Positions 51,379 through 61,773 of a DNA stretch of 64,000 nt are shown one piece after another (within the stretch, counting starts at the first letter, position 1; every line of letters starts with the position of its first letter). The notes below the pieces were generated by a model. It did no database searches, had not been told where the DNA came from, and saw nothing but the letters and a program-made list of their open reading frames with translations. A program made the position numbers and the translations under genes. The DNA comes from a bacterium (GTDB lineage Bacteria; SAR324; NAC60-12): assembly GCA_965233585.1 (NCBI GenBank), contig CBDDTI010000745.1, forward strand, positions 1-64,000, read 5' to 3'.

Positions 51379-51500
51379 ATGTGGACAAATTGGTCTGGTA
51401 TGACAGTCGTTTGAGTATTTTGAGCCTTCCAAAAGTTTGTTTTCTTCTGGTTTTGCATGGAATTTTTCAACACTTGTGAAGGTTTCAAAAAGAAAAAAAT

Positions 51501-51530
51501 TTGACAAGCAATTTTGGGTTAGTCTATAAT
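51501..51530 (+). promoter_or_regulatory. consensus sigma70 promoter for tRNA pair
   Basis: TTGACA-18-TATAAT followed by a GC-rich discriminator. Confidence 0.75.
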
Positions 51531-51543
51531 GTGCGGTTTTGTT

Positions 51544-51619
51544 GCGGGAGTAGCTCAGTTGGTAGAGCGTCAGCCTTCCAAGCTGAATGTCGCGAGTTCG
51601 AGCCTCGTTTCCCGCTCCA
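51544..51619 (+). tRNA. tRNA-Gly(TCC)
   Basis: GCGGGAGTAGCTCAGTTGGTAGAGC..CTTCCAA..TCCA. Confidence 0.95.
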
Positions 51620-51638
51620 CAAAATCCAATCAATACAA

Positions 51639-51715
<77 letters not shown>

Positions 51716-51837
51716 ATTCCTTCTTTCATTGCTGACCAATTCCATTGCTTTAATTTTCTTTCAAAAGTCTCTCAAACATGGATTTGACTCTCTCTACGTA
51801 AACAAATGAAACTCACACTTCAGCCTTTCTCGTTGTT

Positions 51838-53391
51838 ATGTCATCAGTGATTTCATGGGTTCAAGATGAAGCAGACCGACTTTTAAAAAACTTGCCTAGT
51901 GATGTGCAAACTGTCAGATTCCAAACAGGCTATGGTCCTTCTGGTTTGCCTCATCTTGGGACGTTTGCTGAGGTGGTGCGTACCTGTTTCATTCTCAAAG
52001 CAATCAAGCACAAAGCACCCCACCTTAACACTGAACTGATTGCCTTTTCTGATGACCTTGACGGCTTGCGGTCTGTTCCTGAAAATGTAGAAGGCAAAGC
52101 GCATCTGAAGCAATACATGGGAGTTCCTCTGTCTGCCATTCCTGACCCTTACGGACAGTTTGAATCCTATGCAGACTACATGAATCATCAACTTCAGCTT
52201 TTTTTGGATTCCTTTGGCTTTGAATACACGTTTGTTTCTTCTACCAAAACTTATCAAAGCGGGCTTTTTGACCCCTATTTGCAAAAGATTTTGGAACACT
52301 ATGACCAAATCAAAGAAGTCTTCACACGTCAGATTGCCAAAGACAAACGTGAGGCATGGAGTCCATTCTTTCCCATTTGCGAAGCCTGTGGAAAGATTTA
52401 CACGACCCAAGTCACAAAAGTAGATGCAGACTCAAAGCTCATTCATTATCAATGCACCCAAGACCAATGGAATCCATGCGGTTATGAAGGAGTCATGCCC
52501 CCCGTTGGTGGTAAACTGAAAGTGGGTTGGAAGATTGACTGGGGAATGCGTTGGGCAGCGCTTGGAATCCATTATGAGATGCACGGAAAGGACTTGCTTG
52601 AGTCAGTTCCAGTCAGTGCAAAAGTCTGTCAAATTCTAGGTAAGACACCACCTTTGACGTACAAGTATGAACTCTTTCTTGATGAAGCGGGGCAGAAGAT
52701 TTCTAAAAAAATTGGCAATGGAATCTCTATGACACAATGGTTAAGTTATGCACCGCTTGGGGCATTACTTCACTTTTTATTGGGGAATCCAAACAAACCT
52801 AAAAAAATGGGACTGCCTATTCTACCAAGACTTGTTGATGACTTTTTCCGAAGTACTCAAGACTCTGAAACAGAGTTTTCTGCTTTGTGGTTTCTGAAAC
52901 AATTTGGCAGGGGAGACAAGCCGATTGTGCCTGATGCCCCGCCTAAACTTTCTTATGCACTGCTTGCTAATGTTGCAGAAAGTATTGGGATTCAATCTGC
53001 AGATTTGTTGATGAATTATGTCAAGAGATATGACCCTCAAGCCAGCCCTCAATTTTATCAAGGACTTTGTCAGTGTGTGATTCAATTTGTGCAAGAGTAT
53101 CAAAAAACGCTTCCTGCTGAAGAAGTTTCGTTGGGGGACATAGACACCTCATGGCTTCAAAAAATACGTGATGGTCTGCATGAGATAGATGAGTCAGACT
53201 TTCAAGATGGTGAGCGATTACAAAGTTTTCTCTTTGCCATTGGTCAAGAGGCAACTGCTGATCAAAAAAAGTGGTTTGAATTTTTATACTCTGCTTTGCT
53301 ACATAAAAAATCAGGTCCCAAACTTGGTCCATTCTTGGCAGTATTGGGCAAAGCTGAAGCCATCAAACTTTTTGAAGACGTCCTTCTTTAA
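51838..53391 (+). CDS. lysS: class I lysine--tRNA ligase
   Basis: TGYGPSGLPHLG (HIGH-like), WKIDWGMRW, KISKK, GPKLG. Confidence 0.93.
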   Translation: MSSVISWVQDEADRLLKNLPSDVQTVRFQTGYGPSGLPHLGTFAEVVRTCFILKAIKHKAPHLNTELIAFSDDLDGLRSVPENVEGKAHLKQYMGVPLSAIPDPYGQFESYADYMNHQLQLFLDSFGFEYTFVSSTKTYQSGLFDPYLQKILEHYDQIKEVFTRQIAKDKREAWSPFFPICEACGKIYTTQVTKVDADSKLIHYQCTQDQWNPCGYEGVMPPVGGKLKVGWKIDWGMRWAALGIHYEMHGKDLLESVPVSAKVCQILGKTPPLTYKYELFLDEAGQKISKKIGNGISMTQWLSYAPLGALLHFLLGNPNKPKKMGLPILPRLVDDFFRSTQDSETEFSALWFLKQFGRGDKPIVPDAPPKLSYALLANVAESIGIQSADLLMNYVKRYDPQASPQFYQGLCQCVIQFVQEYQKTLPAEEVSLGDIDTSWLQKIRDGLHEIDESDFQDGERLQSFLFAIGQEATADQKKWFEFLYSALLHKKSGPKLGPFLAVLGKAEAIKLFEDVLL

Positions 53392-53393
53392 GC

Positions 53394-54374
53394 ATGCTCT
53401 CTCCTCCGCCAAAAAAACGTTCTAAACCTAAAACACTTCTCAAAGCAGTGATGATCCTTGCTTTGCCTTTGTTAGGCGGGGTGGCAGGTCACAAAAATTA
53501 CCAATATTTACAACGTAAAGGGTGTTTCCCCCTGCCCCATGATTACGTCAAGATTCAATTACCAGAGAGGGACACGGTGCGATTTCTTGTCTTGGGAGAC
53601 ATTGGCTCTACCGATGGGAAGAATTTGCGTCAAAGACGGATAGCAAATGAGGCATTGAAAGTTTGTAACCAAAAAGGCTGTGATTTCGCACTGCTTTTGG
53701 GGGATAACTTTATGCCCAATGGCATTGAATCTATTGACGACCCTTTAATTGAAGAAACCTTTGACAACATTTATCAGTCCTTTGACATTCCATTTATTGC
53801 CGCTTTGGGAAACCATGACGTCAAAGGCGATGTCTTGTCTCAGGTCATTTACAGCCTAAAAAATCCAAAATGGAAGATGCCCAATTATTTTTATCAATTT
53901 CAGGCAGGGTTGGTCTCGTTTGCCTCTATCAACACCAGTTGCAACATTTGGGCATGGTTGCAGTTGGAGAGCATGGTCAAAAAACACCCAAAAGGCTGGT
54001 CTATCCTCATGGGGCATCACCCGATCTATTCTTCTGGTGTGCATGGAGACAATGAATTGCAAAACATCTGGTTTTGGAATTGGGTGTTAAAAAAACGTTT
54101 TGATTTTTATTTGGCAGGACATAATCATCATTTAGAGCATCTGCAAAAGGAAGGAGACGACACCGAATACATCATCAGCGGTGCGGCATCAAGCAATTAT
54201 GAAAGTTCAAGCAACCGTCAAAGGAACAAAACCTCACAAGCAAACACATTGTTTGCTCATCAGAGCAATGGTTTTATTCACATGCAGGTTTCCCTTGAAA
54301 AAGCAAGAGTAGAATACTATGACCTGACTGGAAAGCTCCTTTATCATTTTGAAAAAAAACGCTCACTCTTTTGA
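53394..54374 (+). CDS. metallophosphoesterase (purple acid phosphatase-like)
   Basis: GDIG, GDNF, GNHD, GHHP, GHNH. Confidence 0.9.
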   Translation: MLSPPPKKRSKPKTLLKAVMILALPLLGGVAGHKNYQYLQRKGCFPLPHDYVKIQLPERDTVRFLVLGDIGSTDGKNLRQRRIANEALKVCNQKGCDFALLLGDNFMPNGIESIDDPLIEETFDNIYQSFDIPFIAALGNHDVKGDVLSQVIYSLKNPKWKMPNYFYQFQAGLVSFASINTSCNIWAWLQLESMVKKHPKGWSILMGHHPIYSSGVHGDNELQNIWFWNWVLKKRFDFYLAGHNHHLEHLQKEGDDTEYIISGAASSNYESSSNRQRNKTSQANTLFAHQSNGFIHMQVSLEKARVEYYDLTGKLLYHFEKKRSLF

Positions 54375-55060
54375 CCAATTCTTCTAAACTCCTTATGTTC
54401 CCCAAAATCAAAGCGGTCATTTATGACATGGACGGCTTGTTGCTTAACACTGAAATTTTTTATTCCCAAGCCTCAAATGCTGTTTTTAGCCGCTACGGCA
54501 AAACCATGAGCGATGAGCTGAAGTCTCGTGTCATTGGAAGACCAACGATGGAGTCTGCCAAATTACTGGTAGAAGAGCTTCAACTTCCTCTTTCACCTGA
54601 AGAATATTTAAAGCAACGCAATGAGATTTTAACAACACTCATGCCAGATGCCCAAGCCATGCCCGGTGCCAAAGAACTCACTCACTTTCTGCATTCGCAA
54701 AACGTCAAGCAGGCTGTGGCAACCAGCACGCAAACGCCTTTCTTTCACATCAAAACTCAAAGTCATCAAGACTGGTTTGCCCTTTTTGACACAATCATTT
54801 GCGGAGACCATCCTGACATCGTTCATGGCAAACCTGCACCTGACATCTTCTTGATTGCTGCAAAACAGTTGGGAATTGCCCCAGAATCCTGCCTTGTTTT
54901 TGAAGATTCCCCTGCAGGTGTCCAAGCTGCCAAGTCTGCAAACATGTCTGTTGTGGCTGTCTTAGAAGACTATGCCAATCCCAAATACTACACACAAGCA
55001 GACCAGATTTTGCATTCCCTAGAAGACTTTGATGCCGCTCAATGGTCTTTGCCAACCTGA
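54371..55060 (+). CDS. HAD-family phosphatase
   Basis: DMDGLLLNTE, GKPAPDIF, FEDSPAG. Confidence 0.92.
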   Translation: MTNSSKLLMFPKIKAVIYDMDGLLLNTEIFYSQASNAVFSRYGKTMSDELKSRVIGRPTMESAKLLVEELQLPLSPEEYLKQRNEILTTLMPDAQAMPGAKELTHFLHSQNVKQAVATSTQTPFFHIKTQSHQDWFALFDTIICGDHPDIVHGKPAPDIFLIAAKQLGIAPESCLVFEDSPAGVQAAKSANMSVVAVLEDYANPKYYTQADQILHSLEDFDAAQWSLPT

Positions 55061-55269
55061 AGCATTGAACAATCTTGCTCAATGCAAAAAAGTAAGGATT
55101 GCATCGGGATTGCCCTCCCTCTGAAAAAATGGCATTTTTTCATGTCATCTGTCCTAATCAATCTGCAGTAAGGAAGCCAAACGTTGACTTCAAAAATCTC
55201 AATTTTGTTTAAGATTCGCAATCGGAATCAAAGTTTGGTATCATGGTCATCTTTGCCTTGATTTAGTCT

Positions 55270-55728
55270 TTGGAGGAAATGATGTCAAAAATTTTATTAC
55301 TTAATGGTCCCAATCTGAATTTACTGGGAAGTCGTGAACCCGAAATTTATGGATATTCTACCCTTGAGGATATTGAGCAATTAGTTGTCAACCTTGCCGA
55401 GAAAGCAGGATTATCTTGTGAGTGTTTTCAGTCTAACCATGAAGGAGTGTTGGTAGATTGGATTCATCAACACCGCACAGGTGAGTTTTTAATTTTCAAC
55501 CCCGGCGCATTTTCTCATACAAGTATTGCGTTGCGTGATGCAATGAGTGCTGTCCAGATTCCATTGATTGAATTGCATCTTTCCAATGTTTACCAACGTG
55601 AGACGTTCCGTCATAAATCTTATTTTGCAGACATTGCAGTAGGAGTATTGGCAGGTTTGGGAGTCAAGGGATATGAGCTTGCTACTCAATTTGCAATAGA
55701 TTGGATTCACCAAAAAGCGAAGCTATGA
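55270..55728 (+). CDS. aroQ: type II 3-dehydroquinate dehydratase
   Basis: [30 protein letters not shown]. Confidence 0.96.
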   Translation: MEEMMSKILLLNGPNLNLLGSREPEIYGYSTLEDIEQLVVNLAEKAGLSCECFQSNHEGVLVDWIHQHRTGEFLIFNPGAFSHTSIALRDAMSAVQIPLIELHLSNVYQRETFRHKSYFADIAVGVLAGLGVKGYELATQFAIDWIHQKAKL

Positions 55729-56792
55729 TGCAATCAGTTGTCAAACTTTTGTTAGAAGAGAGGACTCTCCGCATTGTGTTTGCAGTGTCAGGTCTTGCTT
55801 TGGCAATGGCATTGGCTTATGGGTCAGGAAGGCTAGGCGGGCTTTGGGTCAGTGCCAACATTCTCAAACTCCCTCCTCCACAAGCCAAATTGCCTCCTTT
55901 GCCAAATCAATCAAGTCTTTCTGATGTTGGCTTTACTAGCACTTACTTCAAGGATATTGTGGAACAAAATGTTTTTGATGCGGCAATAACTCCAAAAGAA
56001 GAAGTTGCAGAGCCAGAATTGCAAGAAGAAGCACCCCCTACACAAGGGCAAACTGAACAGACTGTTGAAACTTTACAAATCAACTTCCAGCTTTACGGCA
56101 CAGCGATTTTAAGCAATTCCTCTTATGCTTGGCTAGGACAGGATTCACCAAACAATGCCAGCATTTTTTACAAAAATGACTGCTTTTCTGGGGAGCTAGA
56201 TTTTTCTAAAGTCTGTGATGACAGTACATTCAAGCTATCAAAAGTGGAAAAAAACCGTGTAGCAATTCTGGTCAATAGTAAAGAAATTTGGCTTGAACGT
56301 GTTCAGGAAGACCAGCTTGCCTCAGTAGAAAATCTTTCAGAACAAAATGAGGCTAAAGAAAGAGTCAAGCCTGCACAACCCCTGACTTCTGACCCAAATC
56401 CAGCACCCCAAATCCAACCTGAACAAGAAGTTACAACACAAGTAGAAACACCTCAACCACAGACCGACAGCCAACAAGAGATTTTTCAAATCCAACGTGT
56501 TTGGGTTGACGAGCAGTTGGCAAATTTTGGTCAAATTTTACAAGATGCCCGTGTGATTCCAGAGATAAAAGGAGAGACAACGCTCTTTAAATTTGACTGG
56601 ATTAGAGAAGACAGCATGTATTCAAGGCTTGGTCTGCAACAAGGGGACATCATTCTTTCTATCAATGACATCATCATTGACAACATCGCTAAGGCGATGG
56701 GATTACTCAATAAGTTGCAATCAGAACGAGAGATTAAATTAGAAATAGAAAGAGAAGAACAACGCAAGCTGCTGCAGTATTACATCAATTAG
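55725..56792 (+). CDS. gspC: type II secretion system GspC-like protein with PDZ domain
   Basis: N-terminal TM, QLYGT HR domain, [20 protein letters not shown] overlap with aroQ. Confidence 0.75.
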   Translation: MMQSVVKLLLEERTLRIVFAVSGLALAMALAYGSGRLGGLWVSANILKLPPPQAKLPPLPNQSSLSDVGFTSTYFKDIVEQNVFDAAITPKEEVAEPELQEEAPPTQGQTEQTVETLQINFQLYGTAILSNSSYAWLGQDSPNNASIFYKNDCFSGELDFSKVCDDSTFKLSKVEKNRVAILVNSKEIWLERVQEDQLASVENLSEQNEAKERVKPAQPLTSDPNPAPQIQPEQEVTTQVETPQPQTDSQQEIFQIQRVWVDEQLANFGQILQDARVIPEIKGETTLFKFDWIREDSMYSRLGLQQGDIILSINDIIIDNIAKAMGLLNKLQSEREIKLEIEREEQRKLLQYYIN

Positions 56793-56801
56793 GAAAAGGC
56801 G

Positions 56802-57515
56802 ATGCAAACGAAAGAGTCTATTGTCATTTTGACAGGTGCAGGGATTTCTGCAGAATCGGGTATTGCGACTTTTCGTGCGTTGGGTGGTTTATGGGAACAA
56901 GAACCGATTGAAAATGTGGCAACATACGAGGGGTATGAAAAAGATGCTCATCGTGTGCATAGTTTTTACAACAAACGAAGGCAACAGCTACTTGACCCTA
57001 GCATTGCACCAAATGCTGCACATTTTGCACTGGCTAAGCTGGAGCAAGAGTATCAAGGCGCTGTGCTGGTGGTGACACAAAACATTGATGATTTGCATGA
57101 ACGTGCAGGCACACAAAATTTGATCCATATGCACGGAGAGCTTTTGAAGTGCCAATGCGAGCATTGCTTAACTGTCAAAGAAATCAGAGAGGATTGTTTT
57201 CCTGAGACGTCTTGCACCCATTGTGGGGCAACTGGCAAGATTCGTCCTCATATTGTCTGGTTTGGTGAGGAGCCTTTTCAAATGGAAGACATTTATGACG
57301 CCTTTCTCAAGAGTAAGATTTTTGTTTCTATTGGAACATCAGGTCAAGTGTATCCTGCAGCAGGCTTGGCTCACCTTGCCAATCAAAATCAATTCTCACA
57401 AATCATTGAAATCAATTTAGAAGAGTCATCGGTTGCCAATGAATTTAAAGACCGTCGTTATGGTAAGGCAACCGAGCTTGTGCCTCAACTTGTTGATGAA
57501 ATCCTTGCTTCTTGA
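56802..57515 (+). CDS. cobB: NAD-dependent protein deacylase (sirtuin)
   Basis: GAGISAESG, TQNIDDLHERAG, HMHGEL, GTSGQVYPAAG. Confidence 0.95.
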   Translation: MQTKESIVILTGAGISAESGIATFRALGGLWEQEPIENVATYEGYEKDAHRVHSFYNKRRQQLLDPSIAPNAAHFALAKLEQEYQGAVLVVTQNIDDLHERAGTQNLIHMHGELLKCQCEHCLTVKEIREDCFPETSCTHCGATGKIRPHIVWFGEEPFQMEDIYDAFLKSKIFVSIGTSGQVYPAAGLAHLANQNQFSQIIEINLEESSVANEFKDRRYGKATELVPQLVDEILAS

Positions 57516-57528
57516 ATGAGCTTTTTGA

Positions 57529-58770
57529 ATGGACGCTTTACAAGCACTTCGGTCACAAGGCAGAATCCACTTTGCACAGGCTCTTGAAGAACTAGCTGAC
57601 ACCACTGCACAAAGCTACTCCGAAAGTTTATTTTCACACACCAGCCACTCTCCCCTTGAAACAACTCTTCAAGATTCTTTCAAACACTATTTTGACAAAC
57701 ATCTCAACAAACAAGACTCACAAGATGCCTTAAATGAGCTTTGGCAACATCGCACTTTGCAAACGACAACACATGTCACCCTTTCTGAAGGGGCAACTTT
57801 TTTTGCAACGCATTGGCTAGCTTCCTGTGGTCTTGATTCCAAACGTCCTTATCTCATTGCGGCATTTTCTGGCGTGCCTTTTTCTAACCAAGCATGGTCT
57901 GGCTGCCTGAATTATGGGCATCAGACGAGGTTAGAACAGGTTTTAAAGCCAAGTTCTGCCTTTTTCAAAGACTCAAAGCTGGCAGAAAAAAATCGCATGA
58001 AAGATTGCAGTGACAAGAGGCTTTCAATGCTGACTGGTCAAATGCGGGACGCCTTAGTTTACCAAAGTCATCTGCCTGAAAGGTTGTTGCAGATGTCTGA
58101 TGACTTTCAAAATCCTTTGAGTGAGTTTGTGCCACCATTCCAAAGTGAGTTTTTCACAGATTGGGCGATGCAATTTTCTCAAAATTTAACAAGGCATCTT
58201 TTGCCTCAAGTCAGGTCTATTTATTTTGACATTAATCAGGTCATTGCCAATTATTTAGTGCAGGTTTTGACAGACAAATTGCACCCCGTTTGCCTGATGC
58301 TTTATGGTCAAGATTCGTTAAGACATTTGTCAGGAGTGAATCTGTTTTGCTGTCCCAGTCCCAATGGTCAAAAGGTTTTGCAGATTCAAAGGCATCAACT
58401 CCCTCAAACTCCTGATGAGTTATGCGAAAAAATCTTACAAAACCGCTGGTGTCCTGCCCCCTTTTTAGTGTTCTCCGTGCTTACAGGATTGAATCAATTT
58501 TGTTGTTTTGGGGGATTTGAGCAAGTAGAATACTTTGCAAAATTTCAAAAAATCTGGGAATCTTTGGAAGGCATGAAACCTTTGAAGCTGAGACCTCAAC
58601 AAATGTTGACGACTGGACGCTTTGTGGACTCACAAGGTTTGGGAGTCTTTCCAATAGATTTGATTGTCAATGAATCAGTCAAAGCATCGTGGTCTCTGCC
58701 TTCCAAAAAAAGTCCAGTCAGCCTTCTCATGCAACCTATTGTGAAACAACTTCTTGCAACATGTCCCTGA
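57529..58770 (+). CDS. hypothetical enzyme-like protein
   Basis: 413-aa ORF in an operon between cobB and gloB. Confidence 0.6.
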   Translation: MDALQALRSQGRIHFAQALEELADTTAQSYSESLFSHTSHSPLETTLQDSFKHYFDKHLNKQDSQDALNELWQHRTLQTTTHVTLSEGATFFATHWLASCGLDSKRPYLIAAFSGVPFSNQAWSGCLNYGHQTRLEQVLKPSSAFFKDSKLAEKNRMKDCSDKRLSMLTGQMRDALVYQSHLPERLLQMSDDFQNPLSEFVPPFQSEFFTDWAMQFSQNLTRHLLPQVRSIYFDINQVIANYLVQVLTDKLHPVCLMLYGQDSLRHLSGVNLFCCPSPNGQKVLQIQRHQLPQTPDELCEKILQNRWCPAPFLVFSVLTGLNQFCCFGGFEQVEYFAKFQKIWESLEGMKPLKLRPQQMLTTGRFVDSQGLGVFPIDLIVNESVKASWSLPSKKSPVSLLMQPIVKQLLATCP

Positions 58771-59519
58771 AAATTTTACCCATTCCATGTCTAAGCGACA
58801 ATTACGCTTATTTGTTGACTTGCCAACAGACCCATCAAGTCGCAGTGGTCGACCCCAGTGAGGCAAGTCCTGTGCTTGATGCCCTAAAAGGAAGGACACT
58901 TCATGCCATCTGGAACACTCACCATCATTGGGACCACGTCGGTGGGAATGATGAGCTAGTGCAAACGTTTCCTCATGTCAACGTCTATGGATTCCACACA
59001 GACGAAGGCAGGATTCCCCGCCAAAATGTCTTTTTAAAAGATGGTGAAAGGTTTCAATTTGGGACATGGCAAGTAGAAATCTCACACAATCCGGGGCATA
59101 CATCAGGGGCATTAACCTATTACATTGACAACAATGCTTTCACAGGAGACACATTGTTTTCAATAGGTTGTGGTCGTGTGTTTGAAGGGACTTATGAGCA
59201 GATGTATAAATCGTTGAATCATGTGATAGGGGTGCGTGAAGATTCAATGAAAATTTATGCAGGGCATGAATATACCCAAAAAAATCTTGAGTTTGCAAGG
59301 TGGCTTGAACCTGAAAATCAAGACGTCATTCAAGCACTAGCAAGTCTCCGCTTGCCTTGTAGTATGCCTAGCACTTTGGGATACGAAAAACGGGTCAACC
59401 CTTTCTTACGTGTCCAATGTCCCAAGTTGAGGCAAGCTGTGGCAGCCCATGTTCAGCAATATCCCAAAAACAACTTAGAAACCTTTGCCTTAATTAGAAA
59501 ACTAAAAGATAGTTTTTAA
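58761..59519 (+). CDS. gloB: hydroxyacylglutathione hydrolase (glyoxalase II)
   Basis: DNYAYL, THHHWDHVGG, PGHT, GDTLF..GCGR, GHEYT, NPFLR. Confidence 0.93.
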   Translation: MSLKILPIPCLSDNYAYLLTCQQTHQVAVVDPSEASPVLDALKGRTLHAIWNTHHHWDHVGGNDELVQTFPHVNVYGFHTDEGRIPRQNVFLKDGERFQFGTWQVEISHNPGHTSGALTYYIDNNAFTGDTLFSIGCGRVFEGTYEQMYKSLNHVIGVREDSMKIYAGHEYTQKNLEFARWLEPENQDVIQALASLRLPCSMPSTLGYEKRVNPFLRVQCPKLRQAVAAHVQQYPKNNLETFALIRKLKDSF

Positions 59520-59571
59520 GTTGACGTTTCGTGTTTGAACACTTAGACTAAATCATTTTATTAATTTTTTT

Positions 59572-59979
59572 ATGACGGAGGATATGATGAAAATCTGGGG
59601 GAATATAAAAATCTGGCAAAAAATGTTGGTTGTCGCTTTTGGAGCTTTGGCAGCAGGTTGTACTACAAACAGCTTGTCAGGTCAATTTACAGCAGTCTCA
59701 TCATTCAATGTCAGAAATTTGAAGTATGACATTGCAACCGATACGACAACTCAAACCAGAGGAGAATCTTGTTGGTCTTATGTTCTGGGAATCAACATTA
59801 ATAAGACAGACATCAGGTTGCAACGTGCCATAGACATTGCTATCAGAAAAGGTCAAGCTCAAGGAATTGATGGAGACCTCTTGACCAATGTCCGTGTTTA
59901 TAACGAGGTCTCTTCTTATCTTGTTTATTCTTCTGATTGCATCATTGTAGAAGGTGATTTGGTCAAGATTCTGCCTTGA
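59572..59979 (+). CDS. small lipoprotein
   Basis: Lipobox-like AAGC; GESC...IIVEG. Confidence 0.6.
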   Translation: MTEDMMKIWGNIKIWQKMLVVAFGALAAGCTTNSLSGQFTAVSSFNVRNLKYDIATDTTTQTRGESCWSYVLGININKTDIRLQRAIDIAIRKGQAQGIDGDLLTNVRVYNEVSSYLVYSSDCIIVEGDLVKILP

Positions 59980-60364
59980 CTTTCTGCCTAATTCTTTTGG
60001 CAAGTGTCCAATGCAGATAAAAGACCACTGAAGCAATCACAAACACGACAGAAATCACAGCCATTCCTTGCTTTCCTGAACGTTGCTTTTTGACAAGGTC
60101 ATTTTGATATTTTGCAAGTCTCCTGCGGGTGAGTTCCTCACCTGTGGGAAGGTCTTCTTTGTTCTTATCATAATACGTGCGACTTTTGAGGCAATCTTTG
60201 TAATTCTCATCAGATTGGTAGCAACTGTAATCATAAGAACTCATTGCAAAATCAGGAGCTAGCCACTCAATCATTGCCCACGACCCAAACCCTGAAATCA
60301 CCACAAACACCACTACCGACACAAAGCACACTGCTAAAGCATACACTTCTAATAAATTCTTCAT
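59963..60364 (-). CDS. two-TM hypothetical membrane protein
   Basis: YALAVCFV N-terminal TM; C-terminal TM ending LHW. Confidence 0.6.
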   Translation of the reverse strand: MKNLLEVYALAVCFVSVVVFVVISGFGSWAMIEWLAPDFAMSSYDYSCYQSDENYKDCLKSRTYYDKNKEDLPTGEELTRRRLAKYQNDLVKKQRSGKQGMAVISVVFVIASVVFYLHWTLAKRIRQKVKAES

Positions 60365-60427
60365 CGCTTCCTTCCCTTCAAAATTAAATTAAAAATGAAT
60401 TATTTTGATGTTTAAATTAAAATTTTT

Positions 60428-61187
60428 GGCATTGTTAAGTAATAAGTGATAGTTGATTATTCCGTTTTGCCATGAACAAAAGAACAGAATATTGTAATGC
60501 TTTAAGAGACTTGCTGTAACATTTGGTTTTCCTTCTCATTCTTGCCAAGAAATGTCTCAAGAGAGAATTATACCCTTCTATCGTGTATGTTTCTGCCTTG
60601 GAACATGTATGAATTTCTTTGGGAATGACTTGTTTGTAAGCCTTGCAGTGATCAGTCATCACCTGAAGAGGTTTTGTTTCCTTGACCTTGTCCCATAAAT
60701 GCCTACAGGCTTTTGAGTCTCTGTTTCCAAGCACACAATTGATAAATTGCTTCCCACATCTATCAACAGCAATCCAGAGCCAGCAGTAGTTTTTTTTGAC
60801 TGGATGTAGGTGTGCATTTCATCAATTTCCATAATTTCAATGTCTGTGTCCTTTCTTAATGCCTTGAGCTGTTCGCCAAAACTACAGACCCAATTATAAA
60901 CTGAAACATGAGAACAATTCAGCAAACGACCGATTGACCTGAAACCAAGACCCTCCAAATACAACTCTAATGCTCTTCTTTTGATCTGTGGTGAGATTTG
61001 ACCACGATAGGACTTGGTATATTGATAGTTGCAGGCATTGCAACGCCTCCTCGGTTTACCATATAAAAAACCATTCTTAACCATCTTCTCACTTTCACAT
61101 CTAGGACACGACTTCATTGCTACACCATGACTATCAATTCAATTAAATGAACTTAATATCGCATATCACTTATAGTTTAACAATACC
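60428..61187 (-). mobile_element. IS1-family element, copy 3, with perfect 8-bp TSD AAATTTTT
   Basis: Same TIRs and ORFs; flanks 60420-60427 and 61188-61195 are identical. Confidence 0.96.
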
Positions 61188-61283
61188 AAATTTTTCAATG
61201 AAAAATATCAAAACGTTCATGCTTTCCTAAAGAGGAGAAATACACAACAAGTGACCAAAAAGCCAAGCCTACAAACTCTCTCC

Positions 61284-61722
61284 GTCATTCCGCACTTGAT
61301 GCGGAATCTCAAAAAAATAGAGATTGCGGGTCAAGTCCCGCAATGACAAAGAATGTCTTCATTTTTCACGTCATTCCGCACTTGATGCGGAATCTCAAAA
61401 AAATAGAGTTGTTAGAAAAAAGACAAAGAAGATTGCGGGTCAAGGTGAGCCATGACGGGGAATGAGGAAAAGAGCAAACTCCTCTCAGTCATTCCGCACT
61501 TGATGCGTAATTTATCACCAAACCAAGCACAGATTACTACATGACTGGATTCCTGCTTTCGCTCCGAATGACAATAGTTTTCATTGCAGAATTTGATTCA
61601 GAATGTCAAAGCCTCCGTCACTTGAGTGCCTCTCTTTGTCATTCTGCACTTGATGCGGAATCTCAAAACAAGAGAGATTGCGGGTCAGGTCCCGCAATGA
61701 CGGTTTTTAAGGTGAGCCATGA
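61284..61722. repeat. palindromic REP-like repeat cluster 5 (BIME-like)
   Basis: GTCATTCCGCACTTGATGCGGAATCTC-type unit four times, paired with inverted GAGATTGCGGGTCA..CCCGCAATGAC units. Confidence 0.88.
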
Positions 61723-61773
61723 AAAAGACAAGGGGTGCTTGCCATCAGCAAGCAAGGTATGTTTTGACAATGT

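Noticed and set aside
56802..57515. Sirtuin as an anti-phage (Thoeris/DSR) component
   Set aside because: Canonical short CobB in a housekeeping operon, with acs nearby as a typical substrate.
61284..61722. Possible CRISPR array
   Set aside because: Units alternate in orientation, spacing is irregular, linkers are partly repeated, the same units occur in dispersed clusters, and there are no cas genes.
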